Shown one piece after another: positions 39,401 through 54,400 of a stretch of 64,000 bases of DNA. Both the position numbers and the translations under genes were made by a program. The notes beneath the pieces are model-generated. The model worked only from the letters and a program-made list of their open reading frames with translations. It ran no database searches and had not been told where the DNA came from. Numbering within the stretch: position 1 is the first letter of the stretch; every line of letters starts with the position of its first letter. This DNA is from Botryllus schlosseri (Eukaryota): the NCBI GenBank assembly GCA_051294905.1, contig CM119371.1, positions 23,996,001 to 24,060,000 of the forward strand, given 5' to 3'.

Positions 39401-42400
39401 TAGAATATTAATAAAAACAACCTTTATTTACTGAAATAAGCCTAATTGCAATCGCAATTATATGAGAACGGTATATTCCTAGAGATCGTTAAAACCGTTT
39501 AAATGCTTTATTTAAAGATAGTGGTTCCAAACGGGGGGGTCGTCGGCCTTTATTCTGGGGTTTGCGAATATGTTTAATGTAATCAGCTTCCAAAATAGCC
39601 CGTGAGTAAGTCCGGGCAAAGGTGCTGACTTCTTTTAGTAATCAGCTCGTCAAAGTTTGATCTGGGCCACGGAACATTTTCAAATTAGAGACGAAGTCGC
39701 GACCATAAAAGGTTTGAAACCACTGGATGTTGGGTGTCTATAAAGCTCCGTGGTGCGCACCGGCATAAGGATGATAAACAATCTTATCGGTAGGAAATGA
39801 ACATGACATAACGAAGTGCAATCCCGCTCCCTGTATTTTCGAACTCATCATCCTCCACCAGCTATAACGCTAACTCTGATCATATGGGCGGAGAGCAGTA
39901 GCTACATAGTAATATATGGAACGACCAATATTATTAACAGAATTCAAACAAATAATTTTACGACCAGATGCATATATCTACCGGATCCATATAGCAAGCA
40001 CCCCCCCCCCCCAGAAGTTGCATCGATTACCCTATAGTGTGGGCTCAAAATCATTATATATTTGGGCGGGAGGAGGCTGTAAACATGTGCTTTCGGTCCC
40101 GGTTACACATCACACGGCCACATACTCCATACTCCTCCTGAACCGGATCGTGAGCAGCACCTCTGGTCTCTGAGCAAAGCTTTGCTAGTTTGACGTCATA
40201 ACTCATTTTGAAATCCACTAGTGGGCGCTAAAGAGTGTCCGGAATTTGGGTTTCTGAAATATGGTAACCCTAGTATAGAACTCTGAACTTAGTGTTCACT
40301 TTTGGCCTTCTTGAAATTGGATGTAAATTTCACCGAGTTGTTCCTAGTGGCAACTAGAGTGGAACCACATAGTCGGGTGGTTATAATGAGACCTATGAAC
40401 ATGGAAGTATTTCCTGCCAAAAATCTCAACATTTGTAACAGATATGCAGTAAAATATAAGAATACTACTCGGAATTGCTTCGCGGGCCGGATGAAATCGT
40501 CTGGCGGGCCGGATGCGGCCCGTATCTTTGACACCCCTGCTTTACATTATAGTAAACCCCACCGTGATAGCAGTAGCAATTGTCAGATTGGTAAAGAAAT
40601 ACCATGACTTATAGAATTTCAACAATAACAAAAAAGCAAAGACTTTCAACAGCATCATTATTGGAACAAGAGGTTTGAAAGTATAGAAAATGGTGCTAAA
40701 AGAGCATATTGTTCATTTTTTTCAAGCTATCTCGCAAACATTAGGAAAATTGTGAGAACAGATGTTATTCAAGTGTTTCACTGCCTTGTCCATGACATCC
40801 TCAACCTCATTTAGATCTGAAACAGATTGAAGGGATACAGCATGAATCAATATGTTATAGAATGGATCACATTGAATTGCCTCAAGTACCGTGAAAAAAT
40901 ATATATTTTTCAGGGGTTTTGCCATTTCTTTACTGTGGATAACATAAAAGCGGAGAACCATGCCATGAAACTGTTCAGACGGGCTCTTCAATCCATCGTC
41001 TTTCTTCTGCATCACTTTAATGAGGTTTCCCGATGGCGCTGCAGTTGTTAGGCATGTGGCAATTGCTTCGTTGGCTTGCTTAGAAATGGCTCCCAAAAGC
41101 ACTCCACCAATATATTCAAGTATGTCTAAAAACACGTCAAAGTTTTTCCATGGAAAGGCAAAGTATAGGCCATTTACTTACTAGATTCCTTGCTGTTGAC
41201 TCCTCCAATCTCTGTGATTGGATGCTGCTCTTTACCGCAGACGAGAGAACCAAAAATCTTCAAAAGTAATGCTGAAGCTGGCAATTGTGGCAAACCCAGA
41301 AACTTGTTAGCTTGATGGCAGGATATTAGAGTAATGTTGATAAAATCCGTCAACACCAATTTTACAATATTCAGAATGGAGTTTTTCCACAAATGGAACA
41401 GCTTTGGTCATGTCTAGTTCCTCGAATGATGGGGTGCATTCAAAGTATTTTTTGCTATTTACACAAGCCCTCTTCAAAACAGCAATTACAGCATCCTCAG
41501 ATATATTCCAATTACTGGTGAGAACTTTATGATTTTTGTAATGTTTCTTCAAAGCTTTCACAGTAGGAAAGGATGCTTCGCATTCCTCACAAAACACACC
41601 CTTCAAGATATTGAGTCCTTCGAAACATTCTTCAATTTCCATTTCAGTTAGTCCCTCCCAGTCATCCCCGAAGGCCAAAGTGATGCGGCCGAATCAGCCA
41701 TGATACCGACTTCTATGCGTGACGAAGTATGATCTAATTCTGGCGAAAAATATAACAGAGGATACACGGTATTATTCACTAGTCATAACGACTCGCCACC
41801 GCTACTTAAATGTTGAACTGTCTAACTAAATCCGACGCAGCTTCACGAAATACACGACGAATCGACTTGAACGCCATAGAAACAAGCACTGAGCGATCCT
41901 GTTTTGGGTGCAGCCATCTGACCGTGACCATTCTGCCGGCTAACAATGGGAGAACAATCGAGTCGTCACTCCAGTCATACTCTATAGTACAACTATAGAA
42001 ATTAAACATGGAACGGCAACGACCGATATTGCAGCTTCGTTCCGCTTCGCCGGGGCTGGAGTGGAGAATCGTTTTGCGTAAGCGACTGTAGGATTTCTGG
42101 CAATCCAAAAGCCATCTTCCCGAGCGCAGAAATTATTGAATCTGGTCTTGATCGACAGCTACTGTTGTACCGATTCCGAAAATATACATTAAAATATTGA
42201 TCAGGCACTGATCCACCTAGAATCTGTCCTTCAAGTCTGAAATATCGGCATTGTTTAGAACAATGGGGTAACCGCAACACAATGACCATAACAATGAACC
42301 GTTGCGACTCTCCGATTGTTCGAACAATGCCGATATTTCAGATTGGAGGACGGATTCTAGGTGGATCAGTGCCTGATAATTATTTTACTTTATATTTTCG

Positions 42401-45400
42401 GAATCAGTGCAACAGTAGCTTTCGATCAAGACCAGATTCAATAATTTCTGCGCTCGGGAAGATAGCTTTTGGATTGCCAGAAATCCTACAGTCGCTTACG
42501 CAAAACGATTCTCCACTCCAGCCCCGGCGAAGCGGAACGAAGCTGCAAAAGCGGTCGTTGCCGTTCCATGTTTAATTTCTATAGTACAACGCTGTGCTCT
42601 CTAACTTGGGCGACTGGCATAGTTCCATGAAATAGTACCATTTTATTCAAAAAATACAAATATCATTATCATCAATTTAAGATTATTTTCAAATATGAGC
42701 TGCCCCCGATAGCCGAGTACGCTTTTTAGCGAACAAAGAATCAAATCAATATTGGGTCTAGCCAGCGAGACACTGTACACCAGTGGTTCCCAACCTTTTT
42801 CGATGGCAGGGCCAAATTTAGAATTTCAGAGTACGGCCGGGGCAGCACGAATACCAGGGCAATGAAAGGAACCCAAAATAGTCACCAATATATGAACATT
42901 GGCATTGTTCCGATCATTCGCTTGACGCCATTGGCCATTGCGTTGCCGCGCTCCCGTTGTTCAGAACAATCAACCTTTGTTGGCTATTTCGGAGTAGTTT
43001 TATCGGCCTATGGCGAGATTTCAATTCATATTTTTTGAATCAGTGCGACACTTGCTTTCGATAAACACCGACATATCAAATTATTTGGACGCTTGGGTCG
43101 CTAGCTGTAGAGGACCACCAATTATGATGCTTTTTGCCGGCCAAGCTGTACGCATCTCGTCGTATTCAATCATGAGTCCCTTGTTGCACATCTATCCGTT
43201 AATTAGTTATCAATACCCTGGGCCATAACAGCACTTCGTCAGCCCCCCCCCCAAAAAAAAACGTTTCTCTTGGGCCCCTATAGGGTGATAGACCGAACTT
43301 CCAAGCCCCCAGACCCCCTCAGGCTAGATGGCTGTTTACCGCTATTCGTCATCTAAATCGGATGCCCGTTTTAGGCAGCTTCTCACGACAAATCGCGGGA
43401 ATTACATATATATTGGTATCAATTTTTATCCTCTCTCTGCCAACGTATGCCGAGTGAGTTGTGTTTGAAAAGGTAGGACCACTCAATAATAATTAAACAT
43501 CTGCGGGCGTATACCCGGTGGCAGGAACGAAACAGCACTTCGTCAGGCCCCCCAGAACACTTAGGTCTTGAGCTCCCATAGGGTGATAAACCGAACCCCG
43601 TGTCGTTGTTCGCTTCTGCAACGAAATCAGGATCCCCGTTTAGTGAGCCAGCGCGGTGTGCGATAATTTTCGATAATTCAAAATAGGTCAATAGTAGCGG
43701 GAATTGCATATATAAATTGCTATCAATTACTTGTCCTCTCTGCTCACGTAATCAGATTTACCGGTACAGCTGAGTGAGGTGTCTTGGAAACTGTAGGGCC
43801 CGTAAATAATAATTAAACATATTCAGACGGGCGGACCCGTTGGTACAACTTCGTTACATGATGTTATTTGGTATTTCGTGACCTCCAGACTGCTATATCA
43901 AAAAATATAGAATCGCCCAAACGTACTAAACTAAAAGATGCACACGATTTCAAATTGGTAGTTCTTCACTGGCACATAATTCTTCCCTGCGCGATGGTAG
44001 CCTATTTGTCTCGTGACGTTCAGATTGCCAAGACAGGAACATTCGGCGCCAGTCATTTAGGCGCCTATGATCAATTATACCTATATGTATTTTGAATATA
44101 CATAACGAAGTTTTCGGTCAGCGTAAGGGCAGTCCTTTTCGGCCAAGGTTTTCTCGCTGCCGATCGTTCTCGCACACTTCTTGGAGTCGCATGTTACATG
44201 GCCTAAAACTTTATATGTCTTCGTGCGGCGTGGCCCGGTAATGGCTAACGCCGATATGCCCACTTCTACAAATCTTGCGTATTTTAACTTGGTCGAAGAG
44301 TACCCAATAATTATGGTACCTGAAAACTGATAATCGCGCGCAGCGCAAAAATCTTTGAAAAAGTTGCATAAAATTTTCTAAAATACTCTATAATTTATGC
44401 TAGTTCACTGAATAATTTTGGGCCCCCTTCGAGCTCGCTCCCCCCAATTGGGGGGCTTGGGGTGCGGCAGTTACGGTCCCGTCAATACCTCTAACTATAT
44501 GTAGAGGTACCGCCCGTTCAAATGGAAAGTTACGGCACATTGCATTAAAACAGCAATGACGTAATCTTAGCAGTCTACTCACAACTTACCTGCAATCCTA
44601 ATCAAAAACTCCAGACTCCAATCCAAGCAAGAGTATTTTATAAATATATTTCTTTTCATAGATCAATTTATCAATATTTTTGTGGGGGCCGCATGCGGCC
44701 CTCAGGGCCGCGGTTGGGAATCACTGCTGTACACTGTATTGCAAATCTTCATCTTGTGGGGAGCAATAAGATCTTTTTTAAGCGTCTCGGTCATTGCAGT
44801 GTTAAGGCAATTGCACGTCATGGCATTATGCCAAATTGCCGATTCATATCAGCTGATTCTTACTCGATGGAATGCTGTAGCAATTTCAGCTAGCGAGGAA
44901 TAATGATGCGAGGCACAAGATAATAGCCTATTTTGCAAACAGCAACAACAATATTTTAAAACTGAAATCAATTACAGCATTTCAAAATGCTTTACAATGC
45001 GCTCTTCCAAAATCTGAAATATGACCGCGGGCCGCGTGTTGGTGACACCTTGTTAAGGGTAAGATACGTTTAAGCCAAACCCAAGTCAGGAAATATAAGG
45101 GATTAGGCAATTAGCTAAAATTCGGTACAAATATTCGACTCATGCTGAGTTCATAAACATCGTTTCGCTCAGGCGACATCGCCCTCTTTCAGATGCTTTC
45201 ACGCCCCCAGTTTGAGAAACACTTGCATAGAACCTCACAAAAAGGTTCACGTTCACACGAAACAGAACTTTTCAAGGGTTCCAACCATCTCTTCTTTTCT
45301 ACGTTTCTGATTGGAACTGTCTGTCCATACGAAGGAGGTTAGCAAGAATAGAAAATGAACGTTCAAGTGCAGCACCTGTATGCTGGCAGTATTGAAGTTC

Positions 45401-48400
45401 AGCGTATAGTGCTGGAGTTTTAATTACAAAACCCGTTGCTTCATACCGGTGATGTTGTCTACATCGGAATATTTAGACCCCAACATCTCGCGATCCACCA
45501 TACGTTAAGAACGACTGTGCTATGATAACCAATGTCGACCACGCAGTCAAGATTCAGATTTGAGATATCGGCGTGAACTTGTAAAAACGTCAGACTTACT
45601 GAAATTTCACTCTGTTCTAGATGGGATTTTCATCGCACCAAGTCGAATGATTTGTTTCATTCGGCCGTTTACCATTCACTATGACTAGTTAATTGGTCAT
45701 CTACAACAGCAGGCCTATAAACTACTACAATGCGTAAAATGTCCAATTATAGGTTCACCGACAGGCAAAAAAAACTTTTGAATTCTTAAACTTCGTTAAG
45801 TAACGACAGTTCCAAACAGATGTGCTCCACATCTAACATTTTGTGAAGCAACGCCAAATTAAAAAGTTAAGGTCAAAAGTTTTTCATATATATTTTTTTA
45901 ATGTCAGAATATGCCAAAATTCTGATTTTGATAGGTCAAAAAATAAGCGCCCGATTCATAATAAAGGTATATTTCATTACGTGATATGAATATAACAAGA
46001 TCTATACATGTTGATTTCAGATTCCTACACTTGGGATTGATTGGTCGTATATAACTGCAACTGATGATCATATATCAATTCTGTGCGACTTGATGGCGGT
46101 TGTTGGGGAAATGCTGGCTCTATTTAATTTGGAAATTGATGCTAAAAGAAAGCAAAGACTAATAGATACACTTCACCTAGAAAACTCTACGGTCAGATTC
46201 TAACTCCGTACCGAGTGTTTAATTTTTTATTCACTGCTACCTTGCATTGGTAATCCATCCACTTCTCGAGTCGGCAGGGAGTACTCTCGTTACGCTCGGC
46301 GACGGAATTCTTTTGATCTACAAACTGGAAACTATCAGGATCACTCGCCTTGTTGCGCGTGTACCTGTACAAGTCGTTAAAACGTCGTTTCGAAAATCTT
46401 TATACCGCAGCTGTACTATCGTCGGTTTTCATCATTTAGTACTGATGAACTTATCGCATCGTTGTCCCATGCGGAAACTATAAATTACCAAGTTTATGTA
46501 TCATAGGGTTATCATATTTTGGAATCGGGAAAGGAGGACACTTTTTTCAAAATATCAAGACTCAGGATTGTGAAGTAAAATTCGGAAAAATTATAAATTA
46601 AAAAATATAAATTTTTCCCGACATTGCGGTTGGTTGACTAAAAAGGACTAAAAAACGGTCAACTTTCCGGCCCAACTCCCGAAATACAGGTTATCTCCCA
46701 CATTCTCCGTAGGTTAACTGAAAGAAAAGTCGTCACATTTGTTTGAACCAAGAATTTCTCATTTAGCGTCAGTCAAGTCCATTCACACTACAATCTGTCC
46801 ATTATATTTGCTCTAAAACCTCTAAAGGAAGACGAATTGCCAAAAAGGAGGTCATTTAGGCGTCCTCGAAGGAGGACATCTTCAAAAACCCTAAAAAGGA
46901 GGACAAATCCTCCTAAAGGACTATGGTAACCCTAAGTATCAGTTCCACTGTGGTCTCTGCCCCGAAAATTTCAATTACCTCTTTACCTCGGAATCAAAAA
47001 TGCATAAATAGGCCTACTACACACGCACGTCCTCGTCGTCCAAGCATCATATATGATCGACGCGAAATACGATGGCTCTATCAAATAAGCCGAACTTAAA
47101 GGTATTCAAGAGTATATGTCTCGCCGGCTATCCGCCAGTCGACGAGCGTGTCCACATTCAAGTCGACACACAAGCAACTTCTGCTGAATGAATACTTGTC
47201 AGCCCTCTACTTTACCGGACCACGACCGGACATATCGATCTCGTCTACCGTCGCATTCCACCTAATTTCGTCGCTTGTCATTTATGTTGACTTGATCACT
47301 TTTCATTCAGTGTGCATGCCTAATTTTAAAATCGCCTACGCCAGCTGTGTGTCTGATTTCAAAGACCACTCCAGGCCGTCTCGACACCTTCCTATCTTTC
47401 ATTGTATCACTGTCTTGTGGTGTACCGAAAAGATTAAATTGTTAGCGATAAATTGAATTGAATTGAACATTACTGAAGTTCCCTCTTTTAGCGACAGGTT
47501 TCCTTCACTATAGTTTAGACACAACCAAATCGCACGTCTGATTGCGCTTGGTTCACAACCCTTCTCCATTATTATGACCAAAGGCGATTTGTGCCAATAT
47601 TTGGGCTGGCTTTTCAACCCCGAAATTTGATAAAAGCCGGGCCAATCGAAAGATATTGCGTTTTTTTTTCGGAATTGCCGGTTATTCGTTGCCCATAGTT
47701 CTCGCAGCCCCAAAATAATAGTCGGTGCGAAGTACAACACACCCCGAAGAAACATTGCACTAGTGATGACGATTTTTGATATATTTTATCGCTTCTATAC
47801 GGGCGTTGAGTCCTGGAGCGATGCCGATGTGGTATCCTTGTCTTGCAAGGTTCGCACTTGGTCCGCGATATGGAATTACCGCGAATTCTTCAGCCTACCC
47901 GGCTATATATCGAGATCGTTCTAGATCGACTTATAGTAAGGGAAACTTATGAAAATCTGTGAACTATATTGTTACCAAACAATTTCTTCACCAATATGTT
48001 TGTTAAGGTGTGTAATAACATGTGTTAAAATGTTGAAGTTCAACTCTTGTGGGAAACCCCCCAAAAAAGCTGTTAAATTTGACGAATTAAAAAAAATTTA
48101 AAAAAATTAATAAATATTTATCGCCCATAAGTAACTTAGGACGTGTTTAATAATGGTTTTCTATGATTCTCAATCGATTGTTAGCACTTATAATTCACTA
48201 CAGGCTCTGCTTTGTGAATTTGACGAATTAAAAATTAAATAAAAAAATAAAAAATAAAAAATCTTTATCGCCCATAACCATAAGTAACTTAGGACGTGTT
48301 TAATAATGGTCATCCATGAACCAAATAATAAATAGAAATTTTATTCTCCTGTAGAAAAGCGGTTAGTGGCTGGAATTGAACCAAATTTTTGTGTAGGCTC

Positions 48401-51400
48401 AAATTAGGTAACCTAACAATTTTATCAAGTAGCCAGTACGATTGGAGAAAAAGAGTCATTTTTGAAGAGCCCTACTGTATATTCGGTTGTTGCAATCTTT
48501 ATGACAACTATAGCTTCTGAACTGCGATAGCTCATCAGGCTCATATCTATGCACGCCTAATGTCCATCCGTAATCGCTGGGGTTCGGAGACAAGTTCTGT
48601 AAAAGAATCAAATCCCGGGTCTGCAGGTACTCGCTGAGTGAACGTTATGAAGCTGCACCCTCTGTTAGAGGTAGTGTCTCTGGTTTTATCACTCCTGTCG
48701 CTATCTTCCTTGAGAACATGTTGTATGTTTTGGTGAACTGCTGTAACCCTCAAAGACCAGAATGAAATTCTGAAAGCAACGGCCCAGATACTGCGCGTAG
48801 CTTGGGTTATTGTTGGCAATTCCTTGTCATGTCTGACGTTGACCGCACTTCACCATGTACAGAAGCCATCCATCACCAATTATGAGGGTCCAGCATGGTT
48901 GATTAGTCAAATCAAGTGGTTCAGTTAAGGCCTACAAGGTTGTATTCGAACATTTTGCCTTGGTAGCCTTGTTCATCTTCTGATTTTTGTTGCTGAACAT
49001 GGACAACGGGAAAGGAGTGAACTCATACTGTAAGCTTGTCGCAACATCCTTATCCCGCAGGTTGAAAATGATAAGTCGGTTGAACAACTCCAATGAGTCA
49101 ATGTGAATGTTTTACTCGTAAACCTTGGGACATTTTCTTTGCGATGACAGGGCTTTTACCCAGGGTTGTAACCAACTCATAAGGCTCCGAGTCACAAGTC
49201 AATCTCAATTTTATAGTTTTGACTCGAGTCAGGTCGATTCACTTTCAATTCACCACCGAGTCAAGTCCGAGTCCAAGTCAGCGAGCAGAGGGTTGCGTCT
49301 GAGTGATGGTATTATGGCTCGAGTCCGAGTCCAAGTCATTGTGTTGATACTGCTCAGTTTCCAGTTAAAGCCATGTTAAATCCCCTTTTTTATAACTCTG
49401 TTTGGTGATATCGAATGGTTCGCATTTCTAATATACTAGTTTTCCTCACTTTTAGCAGTTTCTGGTCGCATTTTCAAGTGCAAGTAGCCTACTATTAGAC
49501 GAAATCCCAAAAGTTTGGCTACTTTACTATTCTTCGGAATTACCATAAAATGTAGGTCTTGGCCGTCTGAGTCTCGAGTCATATGACTTGGTTCGAGTCA
49601 TGCGCAATGACTCGAGAAGTCGAGTCAATACTTAGGTCCGTATTTTTAGAAAATGGCTTGAGTCAAGTCGAGTCATAAAAAGTCGTGACTCGAGTCATTA
49701 AAACCCTGCTTTAACCTTTGACATGACAACCACGGTCCGCGTCACTGACTTTTCATCCAGGTTGATCTGCATGGCTAATGGCCTTCGTAAATTCAGCTGC
49801 TCCCTCAGTATTTCGACTACGTCATCAACCGTATACTTGTGAATACAGTTGAGAAATACCTGGGCAACCCCTTTTATCTATCGTTGACGAATGGCTTCAT
49901 TTCTTCAAACCATTTTAGGGCAAGTTCAATCGCCCCTGCATCTCGCTTCATCTGTGTCTTTGTAAGCTCTCTGTGAACGGGTACATGTCTACTGACGTCC
50001 TCCTCCATTCGCCGGTTGACATATGACAGATGACTGAGAGTCGGCACCCAACATCTGTGGCCAGAAAAGCTGTTGCTCATTCTTCCTCTGCGGGTTCACC
50101 AACGTGATTCCCGTGGGCGGCAGACGTTCCAATGCAGTGGGTCTCAAATTGGGGGTGGGGTTCGTGGAAGCATCTGACGGGAGGCGCGAAGCCGCCTGAG
50201 AGAAATGATTTTCTTGAACTCGGAATGAGTTTAATTTGTGCTGAAACCTCCAGTTTCAACAATGGAAATAATCCTAATGAGGCCATTCGATTTGAAATGT
50301 CATAATTCCCCCGTACCATCCACACACTGATGCTAGATTTTGAGTGATACCGAAACTTGCACTAATCAGAAGATGTCCCTGAATGAAGTGTAACTGCGTG
50401 TAGCTGCCATTGGTTTTTGATTTAGGTTGTGGTCAGGTCCGTTCGAGCTAAGATCAAGTGGGGTAATAGAAGGGGTTAGGCACCAATATCGCTAAAATAT
50501 CTATGTGCTACATGTTATCATTGCACATGGTTATGTTTAATAAATTATTCAACTGCAACTACATATTTGAGAAGTGTCTCGACAGCCATAATACCTCCAG
50601 TGCCACCAAACAATGCATTGGGGTTGCAAACATTGGTTGCTCTTTTTAATACTTTTCGATATGACGATAAGAGGGGGGCGAAATTTTTTAGCAAAGGGCG
50701 TGCCGAAAAAGGTTTTGAGAACCGCTGATGATGGTCTGCAGGTGTGACGCATCTTGGTAACAATGCAGGACAGATTCCCATTGTGGTCTGCGAGTCACTC
50801 AGTTCTGATAAAGACATTGGGCATATCTACCATGTATTGGTACTCCACCCAGAGTGCAGGTGTTCTTCCTCTTTTTGCGAATCGATTGAACGTTTCTTCA
50901 AACCTTCGCTCAAATACTCGCAATACTGGGTCACAGTTTCTGGCTCCCATTTTCCCACCACCCACCTTTTCCATGAAGGACTTCATGTCACCACGTTTAT
51001 CCTCAGTTAAGGCCATTTCCGTGGTATGTTGATAGATAGCTGCATCGGCGAGGAGGTGAGGAGGGATTGCCTTGTCAAAACATCCTCCATCCATGATGTG
51101 GATGCTTGTTGTGCTTCCAGCATAGATCACCTGGATCACATCTAGCAGCCCAGAATATTCCATGTTGTCACCAATTGGTCCAATATAAGATTTCAATAGG
51201 TGAAAACCACTCAACCTTGGAATGACTGGTCAATTTGTCTGCTTCAATAGCCTTGAGTGGAATCGGAAGATCGACGGTCACTATAGCTACCCCTCTCTTT
51301 AAGACTGGCGAAGAAGGTTTTGAGGTCATCAGGGTCTCCTTCAATAACTGGAAGGAACTCGATCTGTGCGCGCTGTTTTACATCATTACCATTGATTCTC

Positions 51401-54400
51401 TTCATCCAGCCATTCCAGTTGAAATGTTGAAACTCAAGATCGTTGGCTTTAATGACCCAAACCACTGCTCATAGTGTGTTACCTGGATAGATGAGAGGCT
51501 GATCCAAGCTGGTCCATATGCCAAGGATCAGAAATTATGGTGAAACAGCGACGAACCATTCAGTAACAATTGACAATGAACTCACACAAGGCCGTGCTGG
51601 ATTCACAGCCGCTTTTTTACTTCGGTACAATTGCGTCCATCTTATAGAACAAAATGATACAGAAAATACCGCTGTAGACCTTGCTGCATGGCTTAGAACT
51701 GTATTTAAGGAATTACTGAACTGCTTTTAAGTATATATATGTGTCTGTTACCCAGTTTTACAGTATACAGACTTTGTTGAATCGTTCGGTATCGAATTAC
51801 TTGAACGGTGTACTTATGACTAGATAACCATGCCATCAGTGCCCTTACTTTTAAATATATTTCCACAAAACAGCCTGTGGTAAAATGCTAATTTTAACAA
51901 TCAATTGAGAAACATGAAAACCCATCATTAAACCCATCCTTAGTTACTTATAGCCGATAAAAATATTTTTTTTAATTTTTTTATTTTATTTTTTCAAATT
52001 TGTCAAATTTAACAGCTTTTTTTCTGGGTTTCCCACAAGAGTTGAACTTCAACATTTCAACACATGTTATAAGAGACCTTGACAGACATATTGGTGAAGA
52101 AATTGTTTGGTAACAATATAGTTCACAGATTTGTGAAATATTTCATAAAATGCCCTTACTATTAGCTTTGAAATAAAGAACGAATTACTGATGATTAGGA
52201 CGAACATAAGATGTGCCGGTAGCGCATTGCTCATTGCCGTGCAACCGTGTAAAACACTTCCTCTTGCAGGATTTCTTCACAATACAAAATTATAAACTCA
52301 TTTTCCATGACCATACGAGCACAATAAAATTTATAACTCCACAATTTGTTACGCAGTAGCTTCTGATGGGTATATGTTTTTTCCCAAATTTGTGCTCATG
52401 CGATAAATGGTCTTTGGTCAAATGGAGAAGGTATTGTGAGCTTGGAGATTGGCGTATGTCAACTACCTACGCCAGTATAACGCAGAGCGAATGTTTGTAG
52501 ATGTTATAGTTGTGTTTTATCTGACTCCAGAAGGTTACGTTTACAATTCGCTGCGTGTTTCTTCTTTTGACGGACCGGCGTAACCACGCCGTACGGCCTT
52601 GTTGGCTGACGTACCACGAAGCCTGTCTATTGCACACGTATTCGATGGACCACACTGACGAATATATTTTGTTTCTGTCTCCACGACTTGTAACTTTATT
52701 GACCCACATACGGCAATGCATCGGACTTCCGAATCGGCGAATAAAGAATGAATGAATATCTCTTCGTGGTATTACATACCCATATCCATCATAGCCGCGA
52801 GAGAGTACATGCACAAAACATCGTACGATTTCATATTCTGTTATCTACGTTCACACGACAAAATATACTACTCACAAAGGTCTTATCGGGTCTCAGTTCA
52901 GGGAATTACGTAAGGTTTACCAACTCCTTATTCAATATTATTAAAATGGCGTTATACCATTATATTCCGTTAAAGCCAGTGTAGGGCGCAATATTGAGTT
53001 CCTCTTTACAACTCCACTTTAATTTAGCAGTGTTTTCGCACTTCGTTTCGGCCTATAAGTAATTCTAGAATTAGATGTTGAGAATCATACCGTTTAGAGA
53101 TCATTTCGAGATCGGAGATCTGCAAGCAGCTAGAACAGGGGTGGGCAAACTTTTGAGCTCGCGGGCCGCATTCGACATCTGAATCCATTTGCGGGCCGCT
53201 CTATATAAAATTGGGACTATACACCAAAACGCAGTATTGGTATTTGATTATATCATATAGCGATGACATGGAGATAATATATATGCTTATTCAATGCAAA
53301 CCAAACATTACTTTGATGATATCGGAGAAGCGTGAGAAACAGTGGCGAGATTTCATAGGCTGGTCGACCTCAATAACCAATTTGTCGGTTGTCCTGATTC
53401 TTAGAACAGGATTGAAATTTGATTCTGAGCGCAGCGATCTGTTTATAGATTTACCAATTCCACTTTTGGTACAGTTCCAGGACACACAATGCTGACAGCA
53501 TCATAACCATGTTAGCTTCAAACACGCTTCCACTATGTGCAGACAAAATATAAATACCCTAATTGTACGCATACAGAGAACGAATCTATTTAAGACACGC
53601 GCGAATCGTTGTTATAAGCACACCATTGAAATATTTAAAACTAAACTGATTAACCTGAAATCACACTCGTGATCCGAATTATGTCAATGTCGTTTAGGAT
53701 TTCTGTGATGTTTACCAGTTAAAACCTTTTAAACTGCATGGGCCTTGAGATCGGGCTGTCGCGCCAGAAATTGAACATAAAAGTAACATAGGAAGTATGC
53801 ACCCTAGAATCGTATGTAAATCGCGCCGAGCGCGCAAAAAAATTCCACTTGAGCTCAGCTTCGCGCCCCCTTCAGATGCTTTCACGAGGCCCAAGGAGGG
53901 TGCACCCCTCCGTTTGACAACCACTGTCTTAGAATTATTATGTTGAAATATACTAAGAAATGGTCAATGAAGTCCCTGCATTAATTCAATTTTTGGTACG
54001 CATTTTATCAATATTTTGATAAGTTTCTTTAGACTCTCGCGGGCCGCACAGAACGGTGTCGAGGGCCGCATGCGGCCCGCGGGCCGTAGTTTGCCCACCC
54101 CTGAGCTAGAACAATGATCCTTAGTATGTTACACGGAACACTAGGGGTTACGCGAGTCAGTTTCGGAGGTTACCCGAAGATTAAGAGTCAGACGCAATTC
54201 ATACATATAATTTGCAATAATCATGGATTGCTGGAAAGTTGGCTCGATCAGTAGTCCCATTGCGACTGTTGAGGTTTTCGGGTATATGTGCAGCGGTGTA
54301 CGCAGAAGAAGGTTGGGGTTCAAAATCGATACTTCCTCCTAATGAAATGTGAATTATCTCCCCTATATTGATGATCTCACTTGCAAATAAGAAATTTGTG

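Noticed and set aside
49161..49708. Repeated gactcgagtc motifs as a CRISPR-like array
   Set aside because: Irregular spacing, bounded by TIRs and a TSD, eukaryotic context
50447..50460. gctaagatcaagtg, a 14-nt match to U2 snRNA
   Set aside because: Flanks do not continue the U2 sequence and it is 40 kb from the Utopia-like element; likely chance
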